A stretch of DNA of 64,000 bases from an uncultured bacterium (lineage in GTDB: Bacteria > SAR324 > NAC60-12). The position numbers were made by a program, and so were the translations under genes. The stretch spans positions 32,001-96,000 of the forward strand of contig CBFIGY010000002.1 in assembly GCA_965662235.1 (NCBI GenBank), read 5' to 3'. Positions 1-9,098 of this stretch are shown one piece after another (positions within the stretch are counted from its first letter, which is position 1; the number at the start of each line of letters is the position of its first letter). Below the pieces are notes generated by a model. The model did no database searches, had not been told where the DNA came from, and saw only the letters and a list, made by a program, of their open reading frames with translations.

Positions 1-2
1 GC

Positions 3-854
3 TTTCACTGTGAAAACTCCCTCTCTGATGGAGAAACCGTTACCATCGGCTTCCGTCCGGACTTCGAACTCGAAGGCAAGGTGCGCTGGTGCTGGCCCAT
101 CGAGTGGTACTACCAGGCCGCTGTCCAGTTTGTGGAAATCACTCCTGACGAGCAGGAACGCCTGCGGGACTACATCATGTCCGTCACCGGAGAGGACTAC
201 CCCATCGAGGAAGGAGACGACTCCGCACCAGCCGAATCTGCTCCGGCAGCACAGGAGGAGTACCTAGAGCTCGACGAACAGGCTCCGGCGCTTGTCACCG
301 AGTTTGCTCCGGGGGATCTGTCTCCAATGGCCTATGCTGGCAAGATCGTCATGATCATGAGTGAGCAGGAGGAGCAGGCCGGCACCCTGAAGCGCTACCT
401 CACGGAACGGTGCGGGTTTGAATCTGAGGTGATGAGCAAGAAACACAGCCTCTGGCGCATGATGAAGCTGGACCCGGTGGACGTGACCATCATGGAGTGG
501 TACTCCCACGACCCGCAGGAGTCCATTGACGCAATGCTCCAAACCAAGGAACAGTTCCCAGAAACCTCTGTCATCTTCTTGGGAGGCTCTGTTTCTCTGG
601 AAACCCGCCTGCATGCGATCAATCAAGGCGCCACCGACTTCCTCACGCAGCCGGTCAGCCTGGCCTCTGTCGCTCAGAGCGTCCTGAAGACCCTGGCTCA
701 AGAGCAGGCTCCAGGTCTGCAGGAGACCGACGCGGTCGCGGCCACCATCGCCGCCACCCCACTCTTCTCTGAAGAGGAGCTGTCTGAGAATGATCTGCTG
801 GAAGAAGACTTTGACCTAGGAGACGAGCTGGAGCTCATCGACGAGGATTTTTAA
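3..854 (+). CDS. PilZ-domain plus atypical receiver-domain protein (5' truncated by window edge)
   Basis: Frame is open from position 3. LEGKVRW...YQAAVQF...EQERLRDYI resembles the PilZ C-terminal half, followed by a REC-like fold (VDVTIMEW...GATDFLTQP) and an acidic tail. Confidence 0.65.
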   Translation, partial: FHCENSLSDGETVTIGFRPDFELEGKVRWCWPIEWYYQAAVQFVEITPDEQERLRDYIMSVTGEDYPIEEGDDSAPAESAPAAQEEYLELDEQAPALVTEFAPGDLSPMAYAGKIVMIMSEQEEQAGTLKRYLTERCGFESEVMSKKHSLWRMMKLDPVDVTIMEWYSHDPQESIDAMLQTKEQFPETSVIFLGGSVSLETRLHAINQGATDFLTQPVSLASVAQSVLKTLAQEQAPGLQETDAVAATIAATPLFSEEELSENDLLEEDFDLGDELELIDEDF

Positions 855-898
855 GGAAGAGTGACGCGAACCGCGTCCTGAAAAAGGAAGGTACCAAG

Positions 899-937
899 AG
901 GGAAGCGGGTGGCTGGTCCATCCGCTTCCCTTTTTTT
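899..937 (+). terminator. Intrinsic terminator between convergent genes
   Basis: AGGGAAGCGGGTGG-CTGGT-CCATCCGCTTCCCT hairpin running into a T7 tract. Confidence 0.8.
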
Positions 938-941
938 ATGC

Positions 942-2513
942 TCAGAACCGATCAGCTGTTGCCGCGTTCCAGGCACGGGCAAAGGAAGGAGGCGGATCGT
1001 TCAGCAGGATTCCGGGCTCCAGGAAGTCGTAGATCTCAGAGTAGTTCCGGATTTCCGTCGGCCCCGTCCGGCGCATGAGGTGCCACGGCCGCACCTCCTC
1101 GGTGCCGGTGAGCCCCATGGCGCCCAGCATTTCGGACACGCTGACCTCGGTGTTGCGATGGAAGTTATAAACCCGCTGGGCCTTGTCTTCCACCACCAAG
1201 CCGTCGGCATAGCGAGCGTCTTGGGTGGCCACGCCCACCGGGCAGGTGTTCGTGTTGCACTTCTGAGCCTGAATGCAGCCCAGCGCCATCATCATGCCTC
1301 GGGCGGTGTTGCAGGCATCCGCTCCCAGCGCCAAGCGCTTGATGATGCCAAAGCCCGAGGTGACCTTGCCGCTGGAAATGACGCGGATCTTGTCCCGGAG
1401 GCCACAGCCCAGCAGAGCACTGTGGACAAAAATCAGTCCCTCCACCAACGGAGTCCCGATGCTGTCGGTGAACTCAGTTGGCGCGGCACCAGTTCCTCCC
1501 TCACCACCATCAACGGTGATGAAGTCCGGCGTGATGCCCGTTTGCAGCATCGCCTTACAGATTGCTAGGAACTCCCGGCGTTTTCCCACACACAGCTTGA
1601 AGCCCACCGGCTTGCCACCTGAAAGCTCCTGGAGCTTGGCAATGAACTCCACCATCTCCAGCGGGTTGCTGAAGGCCCGGTGTCCGGGGGGCGAGTTGAC
1701 GTCGTGTCCCATCGGGACATCCCGGATTTCGGAAATTTCCTTGGTCAGCTTGGCCGCCGGCAAAATGCCTCCGTGTCCCGGCTTGGCGCCCTGCGAGACC
1801 TTGATTTCGATCATCTTGACGTTCTCGTGCGTGGCACGCATTTGAAACGTCTCCGGGTTGAAGTCACCTTCGTGGGTTCGGCAACCGAAGTAGCCGGTTC
1901 CAATCTGCCAGATCAGGTCACCGCCCTGTAGGTGGTAGGGACTGATCCCGCCCTCTCCCGTGTTGTGGGCAAACTTTCCCATCTTGGCGCCTAGGTTGAG
2001 CGCCCGGATGGCGTTGGAGCTCAGTGCCCCGAAGCTCATAGCCGAAACATTGAGGATGCTTGCCGAGTAAGGCTGCTTGCAGTCGGGGCCTCCAATCATC
2101 ACCCGCATCTCATTTGGCTCAATGTGCTTGGCCATCAAGGAGTGGTTGACCCACTCATATCCGACCTCATACACATTCCGCATGGTTCCAAACGGGATGG
2201 TGTCCCGCGCGTTCTTGGAGCGGGCGTACACCACGCTGCGTTGCTGGCGGTTGAAGGGAGTTCCGTCGGTATCAGACTCCACAAAGTACTGGTGAATCTC
2301 CGGGCGAATCTCTTCAAGCAGGAACCGGAAGTGTCCCAAAACCGGATAATTTCTGAGGATGGTGTGGTTCTTTTGCGCCATATCCCGGTAACCCAGCAGG
2401 ATGATGGGGCCCAGCACCACCAAGGACCACAAAATGGCGGGGGTCCCAAGTGCCGCGACAATCCCGTTGATGGCTAGGACCACCACGGTAAAGGTATGAA
2501 ACATCTTGCGCAT
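942..2513 (-). CDS. FMN-binding glutamate synthase family protein (YerD-like)
   Basis: Motifs SAMSFGALS, NTGEGG, EIKVSQGAKPG, DGGEGGTGAA, CIQAQKCNTNTCPVG; N-terminal TM segments; ATG 2513 has an AAGGAG RBS. Confidence 0.9.
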   Translation of the reverse strand: MRKMFHTFTVVVLAINGIVAALGTPAILWSLVVLGPIILLGYRDMAQKNHTILRNYPVLGHFRFLLEEIRPEIHQYFVESDTDGTPFNRQQRSVVYARSKNARDTIPFGTMRNVYEVGYEWVNHSLMAKHIEPNEMRVMIGGPDCKQPYSASILNVSAMSFGALSSNAIRALNLGAKMGKFAHNTGEGGISPYHLQGGDLIWQIGTGYFGCRTHEGDFNPETFQMRATHENVKMIEIKVSQGAKPGHGGILPAAKLTKEISEIRDVPMGHDVNSPPGHRAFSNPLEMVEFIAKLQELSGGKPVGFKLCVGKRREFLAICKAMLQTGITPDFITVDGGEGGTGAAPTEFTDSIGTPLVEGLIFVHSALLGCGLRDKIRVISSGKVTSGFGIIKRLALGADACNTARGMMMALGCIQAQKCNTNTCPVGVATQDARYADGLVVEDKAQRVYNFHRNTEVSVSEMLGAMGLTGTEEVRPWHLMRRTGPTEIRNYSEIYDFLEPGILLNDPPPSFARAWNAATADRF

Positions 2514-2617
2514 GATGAAATGCTCCTTAGCGAGGTTGCGAACAAAAAGCCCCAAAGTAATGCCATGATTTCGCTGAAGACACACGCTCTTTTTTGAACC
2601 CCTTCCAGATAAAGCGA

Positions 2618-3505
2618 TCAGGGACCAGGGGCGGGGTCTTCAAAGTAAAACAGGGCCTCCTTCAGGGCCATTCCCAGCATCTGGACACGCTGTGGGCGAA
2701 AGCTCTGTCCCAGTTGCTGGAAAATTTGAATGGCGGGGGTTAGCACCTCCGCTTGGTGAGGACGGAGGTCCCAGCGCTGCATGCGTTCCGGGACCGAAAG
2801 CTGGGCCAGTTGCGTTGAGGCTTCTTGAAACTCCGACCACGTCAGCACTGGATCCAAACAGGCAGGGCGTCCGGACGCCAGCTCTGGCAAAATGCGTCCG
2901 AGCACCTTGGCGTTGCCTCCAGTCAGCAGCAGTTCCGCCCCCTCCGGAGGCTTTGCCTGCCAAGCGTCTAGAGCCGTTCGTAGCTGTTCGGGATCTGGCC
3001 TCCGGAGGGTTCCTTGATCTAGGCTGACCTGCTCACGGATCACCCGCTGCTCCAGCCGTGTCAGCTCCAGACTCCCCCCTCCAAGGTCGGCCACAATCGC
3101 ATCCACGCCTCCGGACGGGTAACGCCTCAACAGGCCCCGGATCATCGCTTGTGCCTCCTCGGGGCCACTGAGAATCCGAACCGACGCCTGCATCGTGTTC
3201 TCCACGCACCGAACCAGTTCCTCCTGGTTGCTTGCTGAACGAACCGCGCTGGTGGCATAGATCCGTAGCAACGGCGGCGGCACCCAACGCAGCAGCTCCG
3301 CGTGAAGCTCTTGCAGCGCCTGCGTCAACTCCTCCAGCAGTCCTCCAGTCACCCTTCCCTGCTGAAAGACCGCCTGTCCCAACCGGACGTGGCGGCTCCA
3401 CTTCTGATGAATGGCCACGGCACCGGCCGCATCCAGCTGCCCGATCACCAAGCGGATGGCGCTGCTTCCCAGCTCCAAGATCGCCTGTTCAGTCAAGGCA
3501 GGCAC
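2618..3505 (-). CDS. ppx: Ppx/GppA family exopolyphosphatase-like protein
   Basis: ELGSSAIRL, ATSAVRSASN, ILSGPEEA, DLGGGSLE motifs; GTG start near 3505 is inferred. Confidence 0.8.
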   Translation of the reverse strand: MPALTEQAILELGSSAIRLVIGQLDAAGAVAIHQKWSRHVRLGQAVFQQGRVTGGLLEELTQALQELHAELLRWVPPPLLRIYATSAVRSASNQEELVRCVENTMQASVRILSGPEEAQAMIRGLLRRYPSGGVDAIVADLGGGSLELTRLEQRVIREQVSLDQGTLRRPDPEQLRTALDAWQAKPPEGAELLLTGGNAKVLGRILPELASGRPACLDPVLTWSEFQEASTQLAQLSVPERMQRWDLRPHQAEVLTPAIQIFQQLGQSFRPQRVQMLGMALKEALFYFEDPAPGP

Positions 3506-3890
3506 GGATCGCAGCTCCAACTTGTCCCAACTCACCCTCAGCATACGTGACCTGATCACGCCGAGAGCTTCCGGGAGGTCGGGGGATGATGTGAAAGTGC
3601 ACATGGAACACTTCCTGTCCAGCATCTGGGCCATTATTGAGAACCACGTTGTAATCCACGCCCTCCTGCGAACGGCTCACAGCAGTTGCCACTCGCTGCA
3701 GCGTCTTCATCAGGGCCGCGGCTTCTTCCGGGGGCAGGTCTTCCAAACGGGCGACCTCTCGTTTGGGCACCACCAACGCGTGTCCCTTGGATTTGGGGTT
3801 GATGTCAAGGAAGGAAAACTCGGACTCGGTCTCAAGGAGACGCTCACAGGGAATGCCTCCCTGGATGATTTTGGTGAAGATGGAAGACAT
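3489..3890 (-). CDS. HIT family nucleotide hydrolase
   Basis: SIFTKII, FLDINP, GHALVVPK, GQEVFHVHFHIIPR histidine triad. Confidence 0.92.
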   Translation of the reverse strand: MSSIFTKIIQGGIPCERLLETESEFSFLDINPKSKGHALVVPKREVARLEDLPPEEAAALMKTLQRVATAVSRSQEGVDYNVVLNNGPDAGQEVFHVHFHIIPRPPGSSRRDQVTYAEGELGQVGAAIRACLD

Positions 3891-3975
3891 GCGATCTGGA
3901 AAGTCGATTTGGGGTTGTTTGTTGAGGACACCAAGGCTAGGCTCTAGCCCAAACTACCTGAGTCGCTATGCCACA

Positions 3976-6789
3976 ATGACGGTGTTCGTGAATTCGACGA
4001 CCTCAAGGGGCTCGTTTCTGCTCGCCCTGATCTTCCTCCTCGTGTTGCCTCTGGACGGGATCGCGTCTTCCCCCAAGACGTTTCCCCGCTACCAGATCCA
4101 GGTGGACTACGACCACGATCAGAAACGGCTTGAGGCTAAAATGCAAGTTCGTTTTCCCTACGATTCCGGGCCTGCCACTCAGCGGATTCTGCTCCTGCCC
4201 ATGAACCGCTTCCAGGCACGGGACTCCCGGGGAATCCGCCGGCATCGGCTGGTTCCCGTGTTTGCCCAGGACCGCTTCACGGACAACAGCCAGGACCCCC
4301 TGTTTCCCTTTGGCTTCCACTCCGGAGGCACCCTCATTCATGCGGTTCGGACCCAAACCGGCGTGGAGTTGCCGTTTGAGTTGGCGCCGAATCCCGAGGT
4401 CGAAATCGGCTACTCTCCGGACGATGGGTTGCTGCGCATTTTCCCTGCGCCGGGACAGACTACGGTGGCTGACGAAGTGGAGATTGAGTTCTCCACACGC
4501 TTTCCAGAACGCCTCATGGAAGGCGTCCTCCGGGACCAGCTCATGACCACCCTCTGGCACCCGCTTGTTCCACCACAAGAAGGAAAGACTCCGGTGCTGA
4601 GCCTGGACCTGCTCCGTCCTGCACATTACCACGTCACCTGGACGACGCGTCAGCCCGGACGTCTGATTGTCCCAGATCAGGACCGAAGCCTACGGCCGGA
4701 AGAGCCTCTGGAGTCGCAGCCGGAGCCCCTGCTGCTCCGCTTTCCGGTGGTCTTCTCTCCTCAGCTCAAGCCAGCCTGGGTTGAAGAGAAGGCGGAGCCC
4801 GGGCCGCGCCTGACTTTTCAGGTTCGCCAAGGAGAGGTGCAGCGGACTCGACTCCTCGCTGAGACCGTCCGTTCGTTCCTTGCCTTTTGCAAAGAGCGCT
4901 ACCACCTTCAGGTTCCTTGGGACACCATTCACCTGGTGGAAACTCCGGCGCCGTTCGAGGAGGTCCGCGTGTATGGCAACCTCGTTCTCATTCCCACGGC
5001 CAACCTGCAGCGTTCCACTTTTCTGGACCGGCGCTCCGTGTCCTTCCTGACCCGGGCGTTGGGACAACTCTGGTTTGGAGAATGGCTTCCGGCAGACCGC
5101 AATCGGGACCTGTGGCTCCGGCTGGGCGTTCCGGCCTTTTTGGGATTGCAGTACTTTGAAGACCGCTACGGCGCCGACGCCACCATCTTTGACTTCTGGG
5201 ACTGGCTCAACCCGCGCTACCGGGAGCATTTTTTTGAACAGCCCATCCGCGGCATCCGCCATGAATTGCTCCGGCCCATCGCCACGTCCTTCCGAACCGC
5301 TCCAGCCTCTCAGGACCACCTTCGGGTGGTGACCTACAAAACGGCGCTGGTGCTTTCCATGCTGGAGTCAGTGCAGGGAACCGTGCACTTCCGGGAAGGA
5401 CTGGTACGGCTGCTCGCCCACCCGCACACCCCCACGTCCCTGCCCCGTCTGGAACAGGCGCTGACGCCTCCGGGAGAGGACTGGCACTGGTTCTTCGAAC
5501 AGTGGTTCCGGACCACCCGGACGCTCGATTATGCCTTGGGGCGCATGCAGGTGGAGGAATTGTCCGAGGGAAATTTCCGGACCACTGTGGAGGTGCAGCG
5601 CCTGGGGAAGGGGCGGATGCCCATTGACGTCCAGCTGTACCTGTCCCCAAACGAACAGCAACGCCGTCGGCTCTCCGGACGTCCGCTTCAGGAGACCGTG
5701 GTCTTCTACAGCGAAACAGCTCCCGACTGGGTGTCCCTGGATCCGGGTGAAACCCTGTTGGAAGACTCACGCATCAACAACCACTCTCGGAACTTCCTGC
5801 GGGTTCGCTTTGCCTTCGACTGGAAGAAGCAACGCGAGCAGCTCATTGCCCTCATTCCCGGCCTCTCCAGCAATGCTATTGACGGCAACTCCCTAGGCAT
5901 CGGTGTTCGTCAGCGGTTTGACAACAACGAGTTCATCCTGGCGCCCGGCTACGGGTCCCGGAACCATCAATTCATCTACCTGACTCAGTACACCCGCCGG
6001 AATTGGCTGACGCAGGGCGGGGAGCTCTTTCTCAATGCCTCCGAGTTCGGCGGCATCCGCTCCTATGGGCTGGGGCTGGGATACACGTCCCCCAGCTACG
6101 AGGACCAGATCAACCACGAGGTGCACCTCAACCTGCAACAGGAGTTGCTCCTCCAGGTTCAGGAAGGAGAGGAGAATGCCTCAGACGAAACAGGAAACCT
6201 GAGCACCGTGCGCCTTGATTATACTGGGACGTGGGAGCGGCCGTCGCTGCTGCAGCTGGAAGGAGAAACGTGGTACGAGCAAACGCTGGCGGGGGCACGG
6301 TCGGATTTTGACTACCGGCTCTGGCGAGGGCAGTTGCTGCAAAGCTGGACCCTGGGGTTTCAGGTCGAGTTCTGGCTGCAGGCCATTCGGGGTACCACGG
6401 ACGGCTTCACGCCTCTGCAGAAAAAATTCCAGCTTGGCTCTCCGGAAGTGCTTCGCGGCTACCCTCAAACCACCGCCCTCCGGGATGATGAACTGGAGGC
6501 CTGGCGAAGTGACCTCCGGTTTCCCCTCAGCACCCAAACCTGGTGGTCGGACATCAGCGCTTACGACGTCCAGGGCATCCTCTTTTATGATCAGGGACGC
6601 ATCTGGTCGCACGGAGAGTCCTCCACTGATCGGCCACTTCGGCAAAACGTTGGGATTGGCGTGGAGTGGATGCTGGACACCGTTTCGCTCTTTCAGGTGC
6701 CGCTGAAGCTGGAACTTGCGGTGCCCATTCACGATGACGAATACACCCGCCCACAGCTGGTTCTCTTAGGCACCCTTACCGGGAGCTAG
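3976..6789 (+). CDS. Degenerate M1 aminopeptidase-like domain fused to C-terminal Omp85/BamA-type beta-barrel
   Basis: Signal peptide; M1-like GQLWFG...DLWLRLG and YKTALVLSML...WFFEQW; barrel motifs FQLGSPEVLRGY, LRFP, FYDQG, VGIG. Confidence 0.75.
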   Translation: MTVFVNSTTSRGSFLLALIFLLVLPLDGIASSPKTFPRYQIQVDYDHDQKRLEAKMQVRFPYDSGPATQRILLLPMNRFQARDSRGIRRHRLVPVFAQDRFTDNSQDPLFPFGFHSGGTLIHAVRTQTGVELPFELAPNPEVEIGYSPDDGLLRIFPAPGQTTVADEVEIEFSTRFPERLMEGVLRDQLMTTLWHPLVPPQEGKTPVLSLDLLRPAHYHVTWTTRQPGRLIVPDQDRSLRPEEPLESQPEPLLLRFPVVFSPQLKPAWVEEKAEPGPRLTFQVRQGEVQRTRLLAETVRSFLAFCKERYHLQVPWDTIHLVETPAPFEEVRVYGNLVLIPTANLQRSTFLDRRSVSFLTRALGQLWFGEWLPADRNRDLWLRLGVPAFLGLQYFEDRYGADATIFDFWDWLNPRYREHFFEQPIRGIRHELLRPIATSFRTAPASQDHLRVVTYKTALVLSMLESVQGTVHFREGLVRLLAHPHTPTSLPRLEQALTPPGEDWHWFFEQWFRTTRTLDYALGRMQVEELSEGNFRTTVEVQRLGKGRMPIDVQLYLSPNEQQRRRLSGRPLQETVVFYSETAPDWVSLDPGETLLEDSRINNHSRNFLRVRFAFDWKKQREQLIALIPGLSSNAIDGNSLGIGVRQRFDNNEFILAPGYGSRNHQFIYLTQYTRRNWLTQGGELFLNASEFGGIRSYGLGLGYTSPSYEDQINHEVHLNLQQELLLQVQEGEENASDETGNLSTVRLDYTGTWERPSLLQLEGETWYEQTLAGARSDFDYRLWRGQLLQSWTLGFQVEFWLQAIRGTTDGFTPLQKKFQLGSPEVLRGYPQTTALRDDELEAWRSDLRFPLSTQTWWSDISAYDVQGILFYDQGRIWSHGESSTDRPLRQNVGIGVEWMLDTVSLFQVPLKLELAVPIHDDEYTRPQLVLLGTLTGS

Positions 6790-7240
6790 GGTGCAGCTGC
6801 AGCTGACGCTCTCCCTGCTGCAGGGTCACGGCCTCCGGGGCCAGTGCCTCAACCGTCCACCCTGCAAAGATTCCCCCCGCCTGCACCCACTGGTGCCGGT
6901 CTCCTTGCTTGAGCAGCGCGTAGCGTCCTTCCTCCGTTTCCACAACCGCCTGCACCTGCACCGACGTCCCCTCTGCAGAGCCTGTTGGACGGTGAGTAGG
7001 AGATGGTTCCGGAGGCACGTTTTGTGACATCGCAGGCTTTACGGGAGCAGACGGAGGTGGAGCCTTTGGCAGGGTAGGGTCTGCGGGGCCAGACGAGGAA
7101 GGGGCCGGTGCCTCGGAAGTTGCTTCAGCAGAAGAAGACTCCGATTCCAGCAGGGAGCGGAAGGGATTGAACGGATCAGCACGTCCGGAAGAACCTGCGG
7201 CTAGCAGGCTGAGTCCGATGAACAGGAGCTTACGGCTCAT
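6776..7240 (-). CDS. PilP/GspC-like type IV pilus or T2SS accessory protein
   Basis: Signal peptide, DPFNPF motif, Pro-rich linker, C-terminal YALL...VQAG...WTVEALAPEAVTL beta domain. Confidence 0.55.
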   Translation of the reverse strand: MSRKLLFIGLSLLAAGSSGRADPFNPFRSLLESESSSAEATSEAPAPSSSGPADPTLPKAPPPSAPVKPAMSQNVPPEPSPTHRPTGSAEGTSVQVQAVVETEEGRYALLKQGDRHQWVQAGGIFAGWTVEALAPEAVTLQQGERQLQLHPSSR

Positions 7241-7751
7241 CCGGAGCCTGTTCCAGCAGACTCAGCGTCACCGCGATTTGCAGGCTGGGGTTCTGCTCCT
7301 GAGGGTGAGGGTTCTGCAGGTGCAGGACCTTGACGGGCATCCCGGGGGAACGTTCCCAGTCCTGCCACGCCTGCTGAAAGGCGGTCCAGCTTCCGGAAAA
7401 CTTCAGCTGCAGCTCACGCTCCTGGTGCTCTGCTTGCTGCTGGACGGGCCCGAGCTGCTGTTCCAAGAGGGTTAGGTTGTCGGTGGGAAGAGCCCGAACC
7501 AAGCGATACTGCGTTTCCGTTGAGCTCCAGTGATGCGGCTTGAGCGCGGCAGGTGGTCCCGGATCGGGAAGAGCTGCCAGCGGAGGTCGTTTTGCCAGCG
7601 CCGCCTGTGCGGTACGGAGCTGCTGCTGGAGCTGAGCCTCTGCCTCAAGACGTGGACGCAGCACGCGCTCCTCCAGTCCCCAGGCGCTGACCACCAGCAA
7701 GAGGACCACCAGCAGGAGGCGAGTTCGGTTCAGGCGTGGTTCCAGAGCCAT
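7230..7751 (-). CDS. PilO/GspM-like membrane protein
   Basis: N-terminal TM, coiled coil, LQLKFSGSW ferredoxin-like tail; overlaps the PilP-like gene. Confidence 0.45.
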   Translation of the reverse strand: MALEPRLNRTRLLLVVLLLVVSAWGLEERVLRPRLEAEAQLQQQLRTAQAALAKRPPLAALPDPGPPAALKPHHWSSTETQYRLVRALPTDNLTLLEQQLGPVQQQAEHQERELQLKFSGSWTAFQQAWQDWERSPGMPVKVLHLQNPHPQEQNPSLQIAVTLSLLEQAPDEP

Positions 7752-7761
7752 GAGGGCCTTT

Positions 7762-8757
7762 TTATTCCGTTGCCTGGCCTAGGCGGGTTTTCCAGAAGAC
7801 CAGCAGCACCAGACTCAGCAGCACCAGCACCACAATCGTGACAATGCCATAAACCTGCGCCTGCACGGCAATACCACTGACGGTCAACTCGGCCGCAGTG
7901 GCGGTGCCGGCTTTGCCCTTCCACACCCGGAACTGCGTCCCACCCATCGACTGTTCGCCGGTGTATTCCAGTTGATCCGACTGAATCGTCAGGTCATCCA
8001 GAGCGGTGAAGGCGCTCAGCAGTTCCAGCGAGTGCTTGAGCGGACGCACCACCGTGGCTTGTCCAAACAGAGCGGGCAGTTGGTACTGATAAAGAATCTG
8101 CCGGCCTCCCGGAGGAAAGAGGCGGGTGATGGAAAGCTGGTTGCCAGAGAGTTGGTAATCCTCTCCCTCCTTCGCCTCCAGCATCCGGAAGCTCCGGAAA
8201 CCATCGGGCAGCTCCACCACCAGTGGTGTCTCCGAGGTATCAATCCGGTCCTGCGTGGGGTTGCTGATGCTCAGCACCTCGGTCATCTGCAACAGCCCAA
8301 TGCCGCCCTCGAAGACAAGGGACGTTTGCTCAATGTCGAGCTTCGCCGTGTCGGTTGAGGTGGTTGGCGGCTGGATGTTCACCTCAAAGGTCACCCGGTC
8401 GGGAGACATGAAGAACAGCTCGGAGCTGACCAGTTCTCCGTTGATCCGGGACCCTAGGCGGTAGGCGGCTCGCATCTCCCGAGGAACATCGGCAAAACGG
8501 AACTGCCCCTGTGCGTCACTCTTGATCCGCGCCACTGGCCCCGTTGTGTTCACATTTCCCTGATCATCGACCACAAACTTCAGCAGCACCACGTCCAGCC
8601 CCCCCGGAGGAATGGCGGTTGCGTCCACTTGCACCTGCCCTTCCACCGTCACCGTTGGGGACGCGGCTGGGCCCTGTTGCGGAGCGGGCAGTTCCTGGGC
8701 TGAGAGGAGCACCGCTGAGCCAAGCAGCAGCAGTCCCATTCCTAAAGCTTTCATCAT
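7762..8757 (-). CDS. Exported beta-rich protein with C-terminal membrane anchor, function unknown
   Basis: Signal peptide, SDAQGQFRF (carboxypeptidase-regulatory/Cna-B-like) motif, C-terminal TM followed by basic residues. Confidence 0.7.
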   Translation of the reverse strand: MMKALGMGLLLLGSAVLLSAQELPAPQQGPAASPTVTVEGQVQVDATAIPPGGLDVVLLKFVVDDQGNVNTTGPVARIKSDAQGQFRFADVPREMRAAYRLGSRINGELVSSELFFMSPDRVTFEVNIQPPTTSTDTAKLDIEQTSLVFEGGIGLLQMTEVLSISNPTQDRIDTSETPLVVELPDGFRSFRMLEAKEGEDYQLSGNQLSITRLFPPGGRQILYQYQLPALFGQATVVRPLKHSLELLSAFTALDDLTIQSDQLEYTGEQSMGGTQFRVWKGKAGTATAAELTVSGIAVQAQVYGIVTIVVLVLLSLVLLVFWKTRLGQATE

Positions 8758-9098
8758 GTTCCGGTTCAGGGAGTCAGTCGGGTGTCAAAATGGGCCAAAC
8801 GTTCGGATCCGTGCCGAGCAGGCGTCCTGGATGGCGAGGGATATTGGCCCTTTAGCATGAACGGATTTGCGCCCCGTTCAAAGACGAAACTTTCCGCAGC
8901 CTGCCTGTGGGAAGATGAAGCCCTCCCTCATCCGGAGCCCGCAGACGCCCTGCTTGTTCGCCCGGAGGCATTCGAGTATGCTGAGACTCAGCCCCTGACC
9001 CCTTCGTTCGTGTTCAGGGAAGTCGTTTGCTGCCAACCTCCTCTCCAAGAGGAGCGTGGCCGGACTCTCTATGGACCTTCAGCCTCGTAAACCCAACC

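Noticed and set aside
8890..8960. GGGAAG...GAGCCCGCAGAC resembling a cobalamin riboswitch 3' half
   Set aside because: The conserved 5' core elements are absent and the downstream gene is not B12-related.
8782..9090. 102-aa ORF in the divergent intergenic region
   Set aside because: No recognisable motif, and it overlaps a plausible TTGTTC-17-TATGCT promoter for the aminopeptidase P gene.
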